Shown here: piece by piece, positions 36,353 through 46,046 of the stretch
Layout: the number at the start of each line of letters is the position of its first letter
Position numbering within the stretch: position 1 is the first letter of the stretch
Origin: Vulcanimicrobiales bacterium
Lineage (GTDB): Bacteria; Vulcanimicrobiota; Vulcanimicrobiia; Vulcanimicrobiales; Vulcanimicrobiaceae
NCBI GenBank assembly: GCA_038215615.1
Contig: JBBQQR010000001.1
Coordinates: 64,001-128,000 of the forward strand
DNA: 64,000 bases
Direction of reading: 5' to 3'
The notes under the pieces: model-generated
Told to the model about the DNA's origin: nothing
The model's input: the letters and a program-made list of their open reading frames with translations, nothing else
Databases searched by the model: none
Position numbers and translations under genes: made by a program

Positions 36353-38344
36353 ATGCGCTTAGCAATAATCGCCGCGGTTTCTATCGCGGTTTTGTTCCCG
36401 GCGGCGGCCTCCGCCCGCACCGTTGACTTCAGCGATCTTCGCAGCGTCGTCTCGCTGAGCAGTCCTCAAATCTCTCCGGACGGGAAGCGAATCTTGTTCT
36501 TTCGTTCGCGCCCGGACTTTACGAAAGATCGTTCGCAAAGCGATCTGATGCTCATCGACGTGAAGGCGAAGAAGATCCGGCAGCTCACGTATAACCGCCG
36601 GGGTCTGAATTCGGCGCGCTGGTCGCCGGACGGCTCGAGCATCGCGTTCTTGATGTCGACGACGGTTGAGGGTGTCACCGACCCGCAGCAAGAGATTTTT
36701 GTGCTGCCGCTCAATGGCGGCGATCCGCGGCCGGTCACCAAAGCCGAACAAGGCGTGGATGGATTCGCTTGGAGTCCAAACGGTTCGCAATTTGCGTTCA
36801 TCACTCAGGATCCGAATCCGTACAAGAAGCAGGTCGACGCGCATCTCGACGCTTTCGAAGTCGGCGCCAACGATTATCTGCACACCGAAGCTGCGATTCC
36901 GTCGCATCTTTGGATCATCGGGACGAACGGTGGCACGGCAAAGCGGCTCACGAGCGGTTCGTGGAGTTTGGGCATCGTCGATCCCGGCGCGACCTCGGGT
37001 CTTTCGTGGTCGCCGGATGGAACCAAGATCGCGTTCGATCATTTTCCGACCGCGATTAACGGCGATGCGCTGGGGACGGTGGTCGATGTCATCGACGTGC
37101 GCACCGGAAAGCGTACGCCGCTCACGGGAAATACAGGATTGGAAGGTGGCGGAACGTTCGCGCCCTCCGGCACGGCGATCGCCTACTCCCGCAACGCCGG
37201 CGGCGACGCGACCAACGGAAACGCCATTTACGTCACGCGCTTGGGCGGCGGTCCCGGCAAAGATATTCGCAAGCAGATCGATCGCACGATCAATGGAACG
37301 GCGTGGGCTCCGAACGGCAATGCGATGTGGCTCTTCGGGCCGGATAGATCGAGCGTGGCCGCATGGTACGTTACGCTCGCCGGCGCGACCAAACGCGTCA
37401 ATCTGGGCAACGTCGCGGTCTCGCAAACGGGACAAGCCGCGCGTCAAACCGGCGCGCTGCCGTTCGTCGGTACGACAACGGGGCATCCGGCGGAACTCTA
37501 CTATCTCGCATCGCCTGATTCGAAGCCGGTGCGCCTGACGAATTACAACGGTTTCATAAGTACACTGCAGCTGGGCCGCGTCGTCGAGATGAATTGGAAG
37601 AACGATGGTTTCGCTGAAGACGGCGTGCTTACGCTGCCGCCCGGTTACAACCCGCAGAAAACCTATCCGCTGGTTCTCGTAATTCATGGCGGCCCGCAAT
37701 CGGCGTCGACGCTGGCGTGGAACAGTCAGAATCAGCTCTTTGCCGCGCACGGTTATCTGGTCTTCAATCCCAATTACCGCGGCAGCACGAATCTGGGCGA
37801 TCGCTACGAGCACGCGATCTGGCACGACGCCGGCGCCGGCCCGGGACGCGACGTGATGGCGGGCATCGCGACCGTCGAGAAAGCTTATAAGGTAGATACG
37901 AGCCGCATGGCGGTCACGGGGTGGTCGTATGGCGGCTACATGACGTCGTGGATGACGGGCCACTACAACATTTGGAAGGCGGCTGTCGCCGGCGCGGCGC
38001 TCAACGACTGGTTCGACGATTACAACGTCGCGTTTTATGTCTACACGGACGTACCGTGGTTTGGCGGATCCCCCTGGAATCCAAAATACGCGGCAATGTG
38101 GCGCGAGCAGTCGCCGATTACCTACGCCCAATCGATTAAAGCGCCAACGCTGATCATGGGCGACATCGGCGACAACAACGTGACGATCACCAATTCATTC
38201 AAGATGTATCACGCGCTGAGAGATAACGGCGTGCCGGTACAGTTCGTGGCCTATCCGGTGCATGGGCATTTCCCGAGCGACCCCGTTCGTTCCGAAGATG
38301 TGACGCGACGCTGGCTGGCCTGGATCGACCGGTACTTGAGGTAA
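36353..38344 (+). CDS. Secreted S9 (prolyl oligopeptidase/acylaminoacyl) peptidase
   Basis: Signal peptide, WSPDG propeller repeats, IHGGP, NYRGS, GWSYGG, catalytic D and H. Confidence 0.93.
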   Translation: MRLAIIAAVSIAVLFPAAASARTVDFSDLRSVVSLSSPQISPDGKRILFFRSRPDFTKDRSQSDLMLIDVKAKKIRQLTYNRRGLNSARWSPDGSSIAFLMSTTVEGVTDPQQEIFVLPLNGGDPRPVTKAEQGVDGFAWSPNGSQFAFITQDPNPYKKQVDAHLDAFEVGANDYLHTEAAIPSHLWIIGTNGGTAKRLTSGSWSLGIVDPGATSGLSWSPDGTKIAFDHFPTAINGDALGTVVDVIDVRTGKRTPLTGNTGLEGGGTFAPSGTAIAYSRNAGGDATNGNAIYVTRLGGGPGKDIRKQIDRTINGTAWAPNGNAMWLFGPDRSSVAAWYVTLAGATKRVNLGNVAVSQTGQAARQTGALPFVGTTTGHPAELYYLASPDSKPVRLTNYNGFISTLQLGRVVEMNWKNDGFAEDGVLTLPPGYNPQKTYPLVLVIHGGPQSASTLAWNSQNQLFAAHGYLVFNPNYRGSTNLGDRYEHAIWHDAGAGPGRDVMAGIATVEKAYKVDTSRMAVTGWSYGGYMTSWMTGHYNIWKAAVAGAALNDWFDDYNVAFYVYTDVPWFGGSPWNPKYAAMWREQSPITYAQSIKAPTLIMGDIGDNNVTITNSFKMYHALRDNGVPVQFVAYPVHGHFPSDPVRSEDVTRRWLAWIDRYLR

Positions 38345-38346
38345 TC

Positions 38347-40353
38347 ATGAAATACTTCGTTTTGATTTTGGCGCTCGTTCTTGCCACGGTAAGTTCGGCG
38401 ACGGCGCGTACGATGGTCTTGGACGACATGAAAACGCTGTCGGGCCTCTCGGAGCCGACGCTTTCGCCCGACGGCAGCTTGATCGCGTTCATTCTTTCGC
38501 AGCCCGATTATAAGGCGGATCGCAGCACGCGAACGCTGATGCTCTACGATTTGCGTGACTCCAGTACGCGGCCGCTGACCTCGGCGCGACGCGGCATAGC
38601 TTCTCCGGCGTGGTCGCCCGATGGACGGCGCCTGGCATTTCTTTCGATAACGGGCGAAGGCGACAAAGCCGCGGAGCAGATCTTCGTTTTGGATATGCGC
38701 GGCGGCGATGCTGCGCAGCTGACGCACGCAGCAAACGGCGTCGAACAATTTACGTGGCGGCCCGACGGTGGCGCGATCGCGTACGTTACGCCCGACGATC
38801 CGGCGAACAAAAAAGACATCGCGCACCATCTCGACGCGTTCGTGGTGGGCGATCAAGCCTACCAAGAGAAGGCCGCGCCGGCGCCTAACCACATGTGGAT
38901 CATCAACGCCGGCGGCAGCGGCGACAAGCGCTTGACGCAAGGTACGTGGAGCTTACCCACAGCTACGCCGCCGGGCTCGCCCGCGTCGCCGCTGTCGTGG
39001 TCGCCGGACGGGAAATCGATTCTCTTCACGCGCATGCCGAATGCCTACGATAGCGACGGCTATTTGGCAACGGTCGACGTGCTAGACGTGCAAAGCGGCG
39101 CGATTCGCACCCTGACGTCACATGGTAAGTACGAAGGGTACGGCAGTTTTTCGCCGGACGGAACCAAAATCGCGTACTGGTATCCGTTTCAGGGCGATCC
39201 TTCAGCGCAAAACGATGTTCTGGTGACCTCGCCGGCGGGGGGCAACGGCAATGATGTTACCGCCGACGACCTAGACACGAACGTTCTGCGAGCGATCTGG
39301 ATGCCGGATTCGAAATCGTTAATGGTTGCGGGGCACAAGGGAACGGATGCCGCGCTTTGGATGAAGCCGCTCGACGGCGCCGCGCAGCGCTTAGCGCTCG
39401 GGCCAGTACAGCCCGTGCAGCCGTTCTGGCTCGACGCGAGCGTCAGCAACACAGGCGCGATCGCATTTACCGGAAGCGAAGCGAATCATCCGAACGAGCT
39501 CTATTACATGAGCTCGGCCACGGCCACACCCAGGCGTTTAACGTCTTATAACGATGCGGTCGCGAAACTCGATCTTGGAAAAGTTCAGCCGGTTACGTGG
39601 TCGTTCGAGGGCTTTTCCGAGAACGGTACGCTGACATATCCGCCGGGCTATGACGCGAGCAAGGCGTATCCGCTCGTTCTTGTGGTTCACGGCGGTCCGA
39701 ATTCGGCTTCGATTCTTTCGTTCAGCACGCTCAACCAGCTGTTGGCCGCGCGCGGCTTCCTGGTGTTCAATCCGAATTACCGCGGAAGCGACAACCAAGG
39801 CGAGAAATACTGGCACGCCATTTTCAACGACGCGGGAGCCGGACCGGGCCGCGACGTGATGGCGGGCATCGCGGCCGTCGAACAGACGGCGCACGTCGAT
39901 CCCACGCGCATCGGCGTTTCCGGATGGTCTTACGGTGGTTTCATGACGTCCTGGCTCGAGAGCCACTACGATATCTGGAAGGCGGCGGTTGCCGGCGCGG
40001 CGGTCAACAACTGGGTTGACGAGTACGCGCTTTCGGACAACAATATCACGGTCGGCATCTCGCAGTTAGCGGGTTCGCCGTACGTCGGAAGCAACATGGA
40101 GGCCTACCGCGCACAGTCACCGATCACGTACGCTTGGAACATTACTGCGCCCACGCTTATTCTCAGCGACACGGGAGATATGCGCGTTCCCATCACTCAG
40201 TCGTATGAAATGTTCCGCGCGCTTAAAGATCACGGCGTAACGACGCGTTTCTTCGCATTTCCCGTTTCGGGCCATTCGCCGGGCGATCCGGTTCGCGCGA
40301 TGGATGTCAACCGCCGCTGGGTTGACTGGCTCGTCCAGTATTTGAAACCCTAA
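38347..40353 (+). CDS. Secreted S9 peptidase (tandem paralog)
   Basis: Signal peptide, WSPDG repeats, VHGGP, NYRGS, GWSYGG, DMRVP, GH. Confidence 0.93.
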   Translation: MKYFVLILALVLATVSSATARTMVLDDMKTLSGLSEPTLSPDGSLIAFILSQPDYKADRSTRTLMLYDLRDSSTRPLTSARRGIASPAWSPDGRRLAFLSITGEGDKAAEQIFVLDMRGGDAAQLTHAANGVEQFTWRPDGGAIAYVTPDDPANKKDIAHHLDAFVVGDQAYQEKAAPAPNHMWIINAGGSGDKRLTQGTWSLPTATPPGSPASPLSWSPDGKSILFTRMPNAYDSDGYLATVDVLDVQSGAIRTLTSHGKYEGYGSFSPDGTKIAYWYPFQGDPSAQNDVLVTSPAGGNGNDVTADDLDTNVLRAIWMPDSKSLMVAGHKGTDAALWMKPLDGAAQRLALGPVQPVQPFWLDASVSNTGAIAFTGSEANHPNELYYMSSATATPRRLTSYNDAVAKLDLGKVQPVTWSFEGFSENGTLTYPPGYDASKAYPLVLVVHGGPNSASILSFSTLNQLLAARGFLVFNPNYRGSDNQGEKYWHAIFNDAGAGPGRDVMAGIAAVEQTAHVDPTRIGVSGWSYGGFMTSWLESHYDIWKAAVAGAAVNNWVDEYALSDNNITVGISQLAGSPYVGSNMEAYRAQSPITYAWNITAPTLILSDTGDMRVPITQSYEMFRALKDHGVTTRFFAFPVSGHSPGDPVRAMDVNRRWVDWLVQYLKP

Positions 40354-41993
40354 GTCAGAAGCGTGTTCGCCATCATCCCCTGATCTTCGTGGACCAGTTT
40401 GTGGCAGTGGAAGACGTCTTTGCCGCGCCATTGTTTGTAGCGCACGCGCATAACAACGCTGCCGTTGGGCGGTACCCAAACGGTGTCGCTAATGATGGGC
40501 GGATTGTAATTGACGGTGCCGCTCGCGCCGGTTACCGAATGCACTTCGAAAGAGTTGGTGTGCAGATGGAACGGATGGCCTTCGGGCATGTTGTTCGTGA
40601 TCGTCCACACCTCGGAGGCTCCAACCGGTAAGATGAATGCCGGGGGGACGCTCGTCTCGTTGTAGACGGCGCCGTTAACGGTGAGCGCCGTGCCGAAGAG
40701 AACCGACGTCGACGGACTGGCGCTGAACAGAACCGTCCGGTTCCCCGTGATCGCACTATCCGCGATGAGCGGATACTCGCGAGTTGGTGTCGGCAGGGAC
40801 GTTGGAATCGCCATGCTCACCGGAGTTCCCGCAACGGTGATCTGCATGAGGCCGAACGCCGGCCACGGATGCGGATCGGTTGTGTCGGCTACGGCTGAGA
40901 GCAAGTAGCTTCCGGTTGCGGCAGGCGCACGCAGCAGCAACTCGACCCGGCCGCCCATCGTGAGTAAGAGCGGGGCGGTGGCAGTTTGTAAGAGCTGCGG
41001 AGCGAGCACGTTCACTCCGTCGTATCCGATGACATAAACTTCGAAGCCGGGAAGCGAGAGAGGCAAATTCAGCGTGTTCGAGCCGTTGAGAATGCGCAGA
41101 CGAACGACTTCGCCGGGTTGCATCGAAATTTGCGGCGGCGGGGAGGCGGTTGCGACTGGGCAGTTGGATGCGCCGCCGCCGGGGGGACATGATGCTGTGG
41201 GGGCAGTGAAATCAAGCAGATTCACCAGTTGCCCGTTGACGACCGCAAAGAGATAATCGGACCGCGGTTTGAAGCCGCCGCTCGCAGGCGGCTTGTAAGC
41301 CGCATACTCGAGATCGTAGATGGTGGGCGTCGCTGCGCTTGGCTTATTCACGTTGATCGTCTGAAACGCGAGTTGTAAGTCGCGCGCCGCGGCAATCTCC
41401 GGAACGTTGTCGATAGCGCCTTTGACCAGTATGAGGCCCGCCATTCCACCGGAAACTTCAACGTCGGTAGATCCGTGGTGATGCGGATGATACCAGTAGA
41501 GTCCGGGCGGCTGATCTGCGGGAATTGTGAAATTATAGGTGTACGTGCTGCCCGGCTGAATCGCGACCATCATCGCTGCCGGATCGGTGGTGCCGACCGG
41601 ATCGAAGATATGCGGCACCACTTGAACGCCATGGACGTGCAGGTTAGCCGTGTTGAACAGGTGCGGGTTGTTCATCGGGTCGATGCCCGGCCCCGGCGTC
41701 GCAGCTGCCGGATTTGGTGGGAATGCGTTGGTGACGTTGACCGAAAGCTGCTGCCCCGGAACGACCGAAAGGGTTGGTCCCGGAATGGTCCCGTTAAACG
41801 TGCGCGTGCGCAGCGTCTTGCCGGCGAAAACGTGATCTGCATATTGCGTCGTCAGCGTGACTGCGGCCGAAAGCGGCGGCGCAAGGGAACCCGCCCCCGT
41901 AACTACGTTGCATCCTTCGATGGTCAGCACGCCGGCAGTAGCCGCGGCGGCAGCCCCGCCAATGAGAAGATCGCGCCGTGATATATCAGGCAT
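40350..41993 (-). CDS. Multicopper oxidase with Tat signal
   Basis: SRRDLL; NLHVHG, YWYHPHHH, HPFHLH, HCHKLVHEDQGMM; start re-called at MPDIS. Confidence 0.92.
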   Translation of the reverse strand: MPDISRRDLLIGGAAAAATAGVLTIEGCNVVTGAGSLAPPLSAAVTLTTQYADHVFAGKTLRTRTFNGTIPGPTLSVVPGQQLSVNVTNAFPPNPAAATPGPGIDPMNNPHLFNTANLHVHGVQVVPHIFDPVGTTDPAAMMVAIQPGSTYTYNFTIPADQPPGLYWYHPHHHGSTDVEVSGGMAGLILVKGAIDNVPEIAAARDLQLAFQTINVNKPSAATPTIYDLEYAAYKPPASGGFKPRSDYLFAVVNGQLVNLLDFTAPTASCPPGGGASNCPVATASPPPQISMQPGEVVRLRILNGSNTLNLPLSLPGFEVYVIGYDGVNVLAPQLLQTATAPLLLTMGGRVELLLRAPAATGSYLLSAVADTTDPHPWPAFGLMQITVAGTPVSMAIPTSLPTPTREYPLIADSAITGNRTVLFSASPSTSVLFGTALTVNGAVYNETSVPPAFILPVGASEVWTITNNMPEGHPFHLHTNSFEVHSVTGASGTVNYNPPIISDTVWVPPNGSVVMRVRYKQWRGKDVFHCHKLVHEDQGMMANTLLT

Positions 41994-42035
41994 GCCGTGA
42001 GGATACGTCGGCAGGCGCGGCAAATCCGCCCACGG

Positions 42036-42785
42036 ATGCCGAAGGTTCCATTTCCGAAAAGCAAGGTGAGCAGGGCGACGGCCGAACGCGAGCTGGCGAT
42101 CCTGGAAAGAACGTATCCGCACGCCGTCACGGCGCTGCACTATTCGAACCCATTCGAACTTCTCATCGCGGTGATTCTTTCGGCGCAGTGCACCGACGTT
42201 CGCGTGAATCTGGCGACTCCGGCGCTGTTTGCCAAATATCCGACGGCGGAGAAGCTCGCAAAAGCCAAACAGAGCGACGTTGAGCGGCTGACCCGGTCAT
42301 GCGGTTTTTTCCGAATGAAATCCAAGAATATCATCAACGCTGCGCGCGCCTTAGCCGAGCAGCACGCCGGCGCGGTTCCTTCGCAGCGCGAAGAGCTCGA
42401 AGCGCTGGCGGGCGTCGGAAGAAAGACGGCGAGCGTGGTTATGTCGGTTGCGTTCGAGCAAGCCGCCATCGCGGTGGACACGCACGTCTTTCGCGTCGCC
42501 CACCGCCTGGGGCTAACACTCGGAAAAACCCCGCGCGACGTGGAGCAAGATCTGCAAAAGATCGTCCCGCGCGAGCAATGGCGCCACGCGCATCATTGGC
42601 TGATCATGCACGGGCGCGCGATTTGCAAAGCTCCGGTTCCGCGGTGCGGAGAATGTCCCGTGAACGAGATCTGCCCGACGCCGAGAATTCTCGCTAGAAG
42701 CTTAACGGCCCGGGCCCTTGCAAGTGCGGCGGGGGCTCCAAAACCTCGTCCGCGGCGATCAGCTGCAGCAAAGAAGAGGCGGTAA
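42036..42785 (+). CDS. nth: Endonuclease III
   Basis: LLIAVILSAQCTD.RVN, LAGVGRKTA, VDTHVFRV, HGRAICKA..PRCGECPVNEIC. Confidence 0.95.
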   Translation: MPKVPFPKSKVSRATAERELAILERTYPHAVTALHYSNPFELLIAVILSAQCTDVRVNLATPALFAKYPTAEKLAKAKQSDVERLTRSCGFFRMKSKNIINAARALAEQHAGAVPSQREELEALAGVGRKTASVVMSVAFEQAAIAVDTHVFRVAHRLGLTLGKTPRDVEQDLQKIVPREQWRHAHHWLIMHGRAICKAPVPRCGECPVNEICPTPRILARSLTARALASAAGAPKPRPRRSAAAKKRR

Positions 42786-43206
42786 GGGCCTCGCCGTAGC
42801 CGGCCTCGGTTGAAATCTTCGAAAGATTGATGAGCGACGGCGTCTGCGCGCCCGGATCGAATTGCCATTCTCCGTCCAAACCTAGGCCGGAGACGCGCAC
42901 GAGTTGATGGACTTCGTCGAGATCCAAACTGACGCGTTTGTCGGCAAAGCGCAAACGCAAACGCAGCGGATGCAGAATCTTCACGAATTTCATGCCGCTG
43001 CGTCCGAGAATCGCGTTGAGGCGTTTCGCGCCGGCGGCGAGCCGCTCTCCGAAGGCGTCGAGAGCCTGTTCCGCGTCCTCAAATGGCACCGGCCCCTCGT
43101 CGATACCGTCGGCGGCACGTGCGATCTCCCGGCGGGCGCGAATGCGCGTCGCCGCTTCCACTATCGGATTCTGCTGCGTGAACTTCTCTTCAAAGGGGTT
43201 GGGCAT
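42694..43206 (-). CDS. Hypothetical cytoplasmic protein
   Basis: 170 aa ORF from MPNPFEE with GAGG RBS; protein-like composition. Confidence 0.65.
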   Translation of the reverse strand: MPNPFEEKFTQQNPIVEAATRIRARREIARAADGIDEGPVPFEDAEQALDAFGERLAAGAKRLNAILGRSGMKFVKILHPLRLRLRFADKRVSLDLDEVHQLVRVSGLGLDGEWQFDPGAQTPSLINLSKISTEAGYGEALTASSLLQLIAADEVLEPPPHLQGPGPLSF

Positions 43207-43254
43207 TGGAGGTACCTCAAGTATTCGCGGCGCCTTTCGGTGAACTCCGCTTCC

Positions 43255-43617
43255 ATGCTTCGCCGGTTTCTCGCTGCACTGCCGCTGCTCGCGCTGCTCT
43301 GCGGCGCGCCGGCCGCCGCGCAATTGTCGCTCGACCAGGTTTTCGGCGTTCATCCGCCCTGGGGAATGCAGCCCTCACGCATCACGTGGGCGCCTGACAG
43401 CAGCGCATTTTTGTACGTAATGGCAACTCAGGATCCGTTTCAACCCGAGCCGATACACCTGTATGACCTGCGCGCGCGCGCCGATCGCATAGTGATCGAT
43501 CCGCGTGCATACGGCAAAGGTGCGGGAACACCGCGCCGTACGCATAGCATCGCGGGAATCGCGCAGCGACGCCATCTCTACGGTCACATGCTCCAATGGT
43601 GGCGCAAACATCTATGA
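43255..43617 (+). pseudogene. DPP-IV/S9 peptidase remnant with in-frame internal deletion
   Basis: Signal peptide + LSLDQVF..ITWAPDSSAFLY joined directly to the C-terminal RRTHSIAG...HLYGHMLQWWRKHL; only 120 aa. Confidence 0.7.
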
Positions 43618-44408
43618 GCGACGTTCCGGAGTTCAAAGTCGTCGTCGATACGCCGGGCTGGCACAAGATCAAGCCCCGCATTCCCGACACGCCACAGCGC
43701 CGGCACTTGGAGCAGCAGCGCCGCGTTCGCGAGTTTGTCTTCGGCGCCAAAGACGGCATCCTGACGACGATGGGTGTGGTCACCGGTGTTGGCGTTGCTT
43801 CGGGTGGGCGAGTTTCGGTGCTGGTGAGCGGACTCGTGGCGCTGATTGCGGGCGCGCTCTCGATGGCCGTCGGTGAATATCAGGGAAGTAAATCGGAGCG
43901 GGAAGTCGTGCGCAAATCCATCGAGATGGAGAAGCGCGAGATGGCGGAGAACCCCAAAGACGAGTTCGCCGAACTCGTTGCATACTACAAGCTCAAAGGC
44001 TTCAGCGCCGACGAGGCGCATCTGATCGTCTCGCGCCTGGCTAAGAACCCTGAAATCTACTTGTACGAAATGATGCGCGACGAGTTCGGAATCGATCCGC
44101 GCATCGCCGAATCATCCGACGTTGTACCCGCGCTGGCTATGGGCTCGTCATATGCGGCCGGATCGCTGATTCCGATTCTGCCCTATTTCGCGGCCGGGCT
44201 GGCCCCTTCGCAAGCGGTCTTTATCAGCTTCGCGTTCGCGTTAGTGGGTTTGTTCGGCATCGGCGTGTATGCCGGCAGTATGAGCGCGCGAAACAAATGG
44301 CTGCGCGGCCTCGAGATCGCATTTTACGGCTCGATCGTTTTCGCGCTGTCGTTTGTGGCCGGACATTTCGTCCCGCCGCTGTTTCACCAGAAAGCGGCCG
44401 GCTTCTAA
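43614..44408 (+). CDS. VIT1/CCC1 family Fe/Mn transporter
   Basis: REFVFGAKDGILT, AGALSMAVGEY, GSLIPILPY; ATGA overlap. Confidence 0.92.
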   Translation: MSDVPEFKVVVDTPGWHKIKPRIPDTPQRRHLEQQRRVREFVFGAKDGILTTMGVVTGVGVASGGRVSVLVSGLVALIAGALSMAVGEYQGSKSEREVVRKSIEMEKREMAENPKDEFAELVAYYKLKGFSADEAHLIVSRLAKNPEIYLYEMMRDEFGIDPRIAESSDVVPALAMGSSYAAGSLIPILPYFAAGLAPSQAVFISFAFALVGLFGIGVYAGSMSARNKWLRGLEIAFYGSIVFALSFVAGHFVPPLFHQKAAGF

Positions 44409-44436
44409 AAAAAAGCGCAGCTTGCGCTGCGCTTTA
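44407..44436 (-). terminator. Rho-independent terminator (possibly bidirectional)
   Basis: AAAGCGCAGC-TTGC-GCTGCGCTTT hairpin; A8 gives a U-tract on the minus strand. Confidence 0.8.
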
Positions 44437-44460
44437 GGTATCAAATAAAGACGGGTTGTT

Positions 44461-44739
44461 TTACGGTTTCTTGGTGGGTTTCGGTTTGGGCATCGGTTTC
44501 TTGGTGGGTTTCGGGGTCGGCTTGCCGGGTTTCATGCCCTTGCGGCTCGTCTTGGTGCGCTTAGGCGCTTTCTTGGGTGCCGCTTTGGCGGTCGATTTGG
44601 CCGTCGACTTCGCGGTCGACTTGTCCATGGACTTGGTGGCTTTCGTCGTGGTCTTCATGGCTTTTGACTGCGGGGCGGCCAGAGCCGTGCCGGTCAAAAG
44701 GAAAGCCGCCGCGGTCATTGATGCGAGTAGCTTCTTCAA
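44461..44739 (-). CDS. Small secreted Lys/Thr/Pro-rich basic protein
   Basis: AGGAGG RBS, TTG start, signal peptide (ALA-A), STAK and KKP repeats. Confidence 0.75.
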   Translation of the reverse strand: MKKLLASMTAAAFLLTGTALAAPQSKAMKTTTKATKSMDKSTAKSTAKSTAKAAPKKAPKRTKTSRKGMKPGKPTPKPTKKPMPKPKPTKKP

Positions 44740-44842
44740 AATGCGTTCCTCCTTTCCCTAAAAGTAGCACCGGACTTCCATAAAGGAAGCCGGGCGGAGC
44801 GGTAACGTTTCGCCCTCCGGAAAGTGCCCCTCTGCGGAGAAA

Positions 44843-45985
44843 CTAGCCCTTCCAGCGCCCCACGAGCGCCCGCGAAATCACCAGGCGCTGGATCTGTTGG
44901 GTGCCTTCATAAATCTGCGTGATCTTAGCGTCGCGCATCATGCGTTCGACCGGATAGTCCACTGAGTATCCGTAACCGCCCAATACTTGCACGGCGTCGG
45001 TCGTCACCCGCATTGCGACATCGCCGCATTTCAGCTTGCACATCGCCGCCCATAGCGTCACGTCGTCGGACTCTTGGTCGCACTTGCGTGCCGCTTCGTA
45101 AAGCAGAAGCCGCGACGCTTCAACTTCGGTCTTCATGTCCGCGAGCATAAATCCGACGCCTTGCTGCTGCCCGATGGGTTTGCCGAACGCCATTCGCTCT
45201 TGCGCGTACTTGGTAGCGTACTCGAGCGCGCCTTGGGCGATGCCCAGCGCTTGCGCGGCAATTCCGGGGCGCGATTTGTCGAGCACTTTCATCGCGATCT
45301 TGAAACCGTCGCCTTCGGGACCGATCAGATTGGCGGCGGGAACTTCGCAGTTGTCGAAAACGAGTTCGACCGTCGGTGAGCCGCGGATGCCCATTTTTTT
45401 CTCGATTTTGCCAACCTGGAAACCTGGAAATGTTTTTTCCACAAGAAATGCGCTGATGCCGTTGGCGCCTTTTTTCGGATCGGTGACCGCGAATACGCAG
45501 ACGGCGTCGGCCACACTGCCGTTGGTGATCCAGATTTTCTGGCCGTTCAGGATGTACTTGTCGCCGCGTTTTTCGGCGCGCGTCCGCATAGAGCCGGCCG
45601 CGTCGGAACCGCTCCCGGCTTCGGTCAGCGCGTAGGCGGCGATCCATTCGCCCGACGCAAGTTTGGGAAGATATTTCTCTTTCTGTTCGGGCGTGCCGGC
45701 GATCAGCACCGGCAGCATGGCTAGTTCTTGGACCGCGACGATGAGCGAGCTCGATGCGCACGCTTTTGCAACTTCTTCGACGACTCTTACGTAGGTGAGG
45801 AAGCTGCCGCCCAGGCCGCCGTATTCGACCGGTATCGGAATGCCGAGCATGTCGTTTTCCGCGAACAGTTTGCGGATATCTTGCGGAAACTCGCCCCGGC
45901 TGTCGATCTCCGCCGCGCGCGGTGCGACTTTTTCGGCAACGAGCTCGCGAACCGCCGCGATTATTTGTGCATCTTCGTCGGGCAT
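44843..45985 (-). CDS. Acyl-CoA dehydrogenase
   Basis: ALTEAGSGSD, LNGQKIWITNG, KMGIRGS, GGYGY..YPVERMMRDAKITQIYEGT. Confidence 0.95.
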   Translation of the reverse strand: MPDEDAQIIAAVRELVAEKVAPRAAEIDSRGEFPQDIRKLFAENDMLGIPIPVEYGGLGGSFLTYVRVVEEVAKACASSSLIVAVQELAMLPVLIAGTPEQKEKYLPKLASGEWIAAYALTEAGSGSDAAGSMRTRAEKRGDKYILNGQKIWITNGSVADAVCVFAVTDPKKGANGISAFLVEKTFPGFQVGKIEKKMGIRGSPTVELVFDNCEVPAANLIGPEGDGFKIAMKVLDKSRPGIAAQALGIAQGALEYATKYAQERMAFGKPIGQQQGVGFMLADMKTEVEASRLLLYEAARKCDQESDDVTLWAAMCKLKCGDVAMRVTTDAVQVLGGYGYSVDYPVERMMRDAKITQIYEGTQQIQRLVISRALVGRWKG

Positions 45986-46046
45986 GCGCCGCTTGTTCGG
46001 CGGCCGCCAGGGTTTCCCCACGCAAAAAGCCTATGACGCCAAACGG

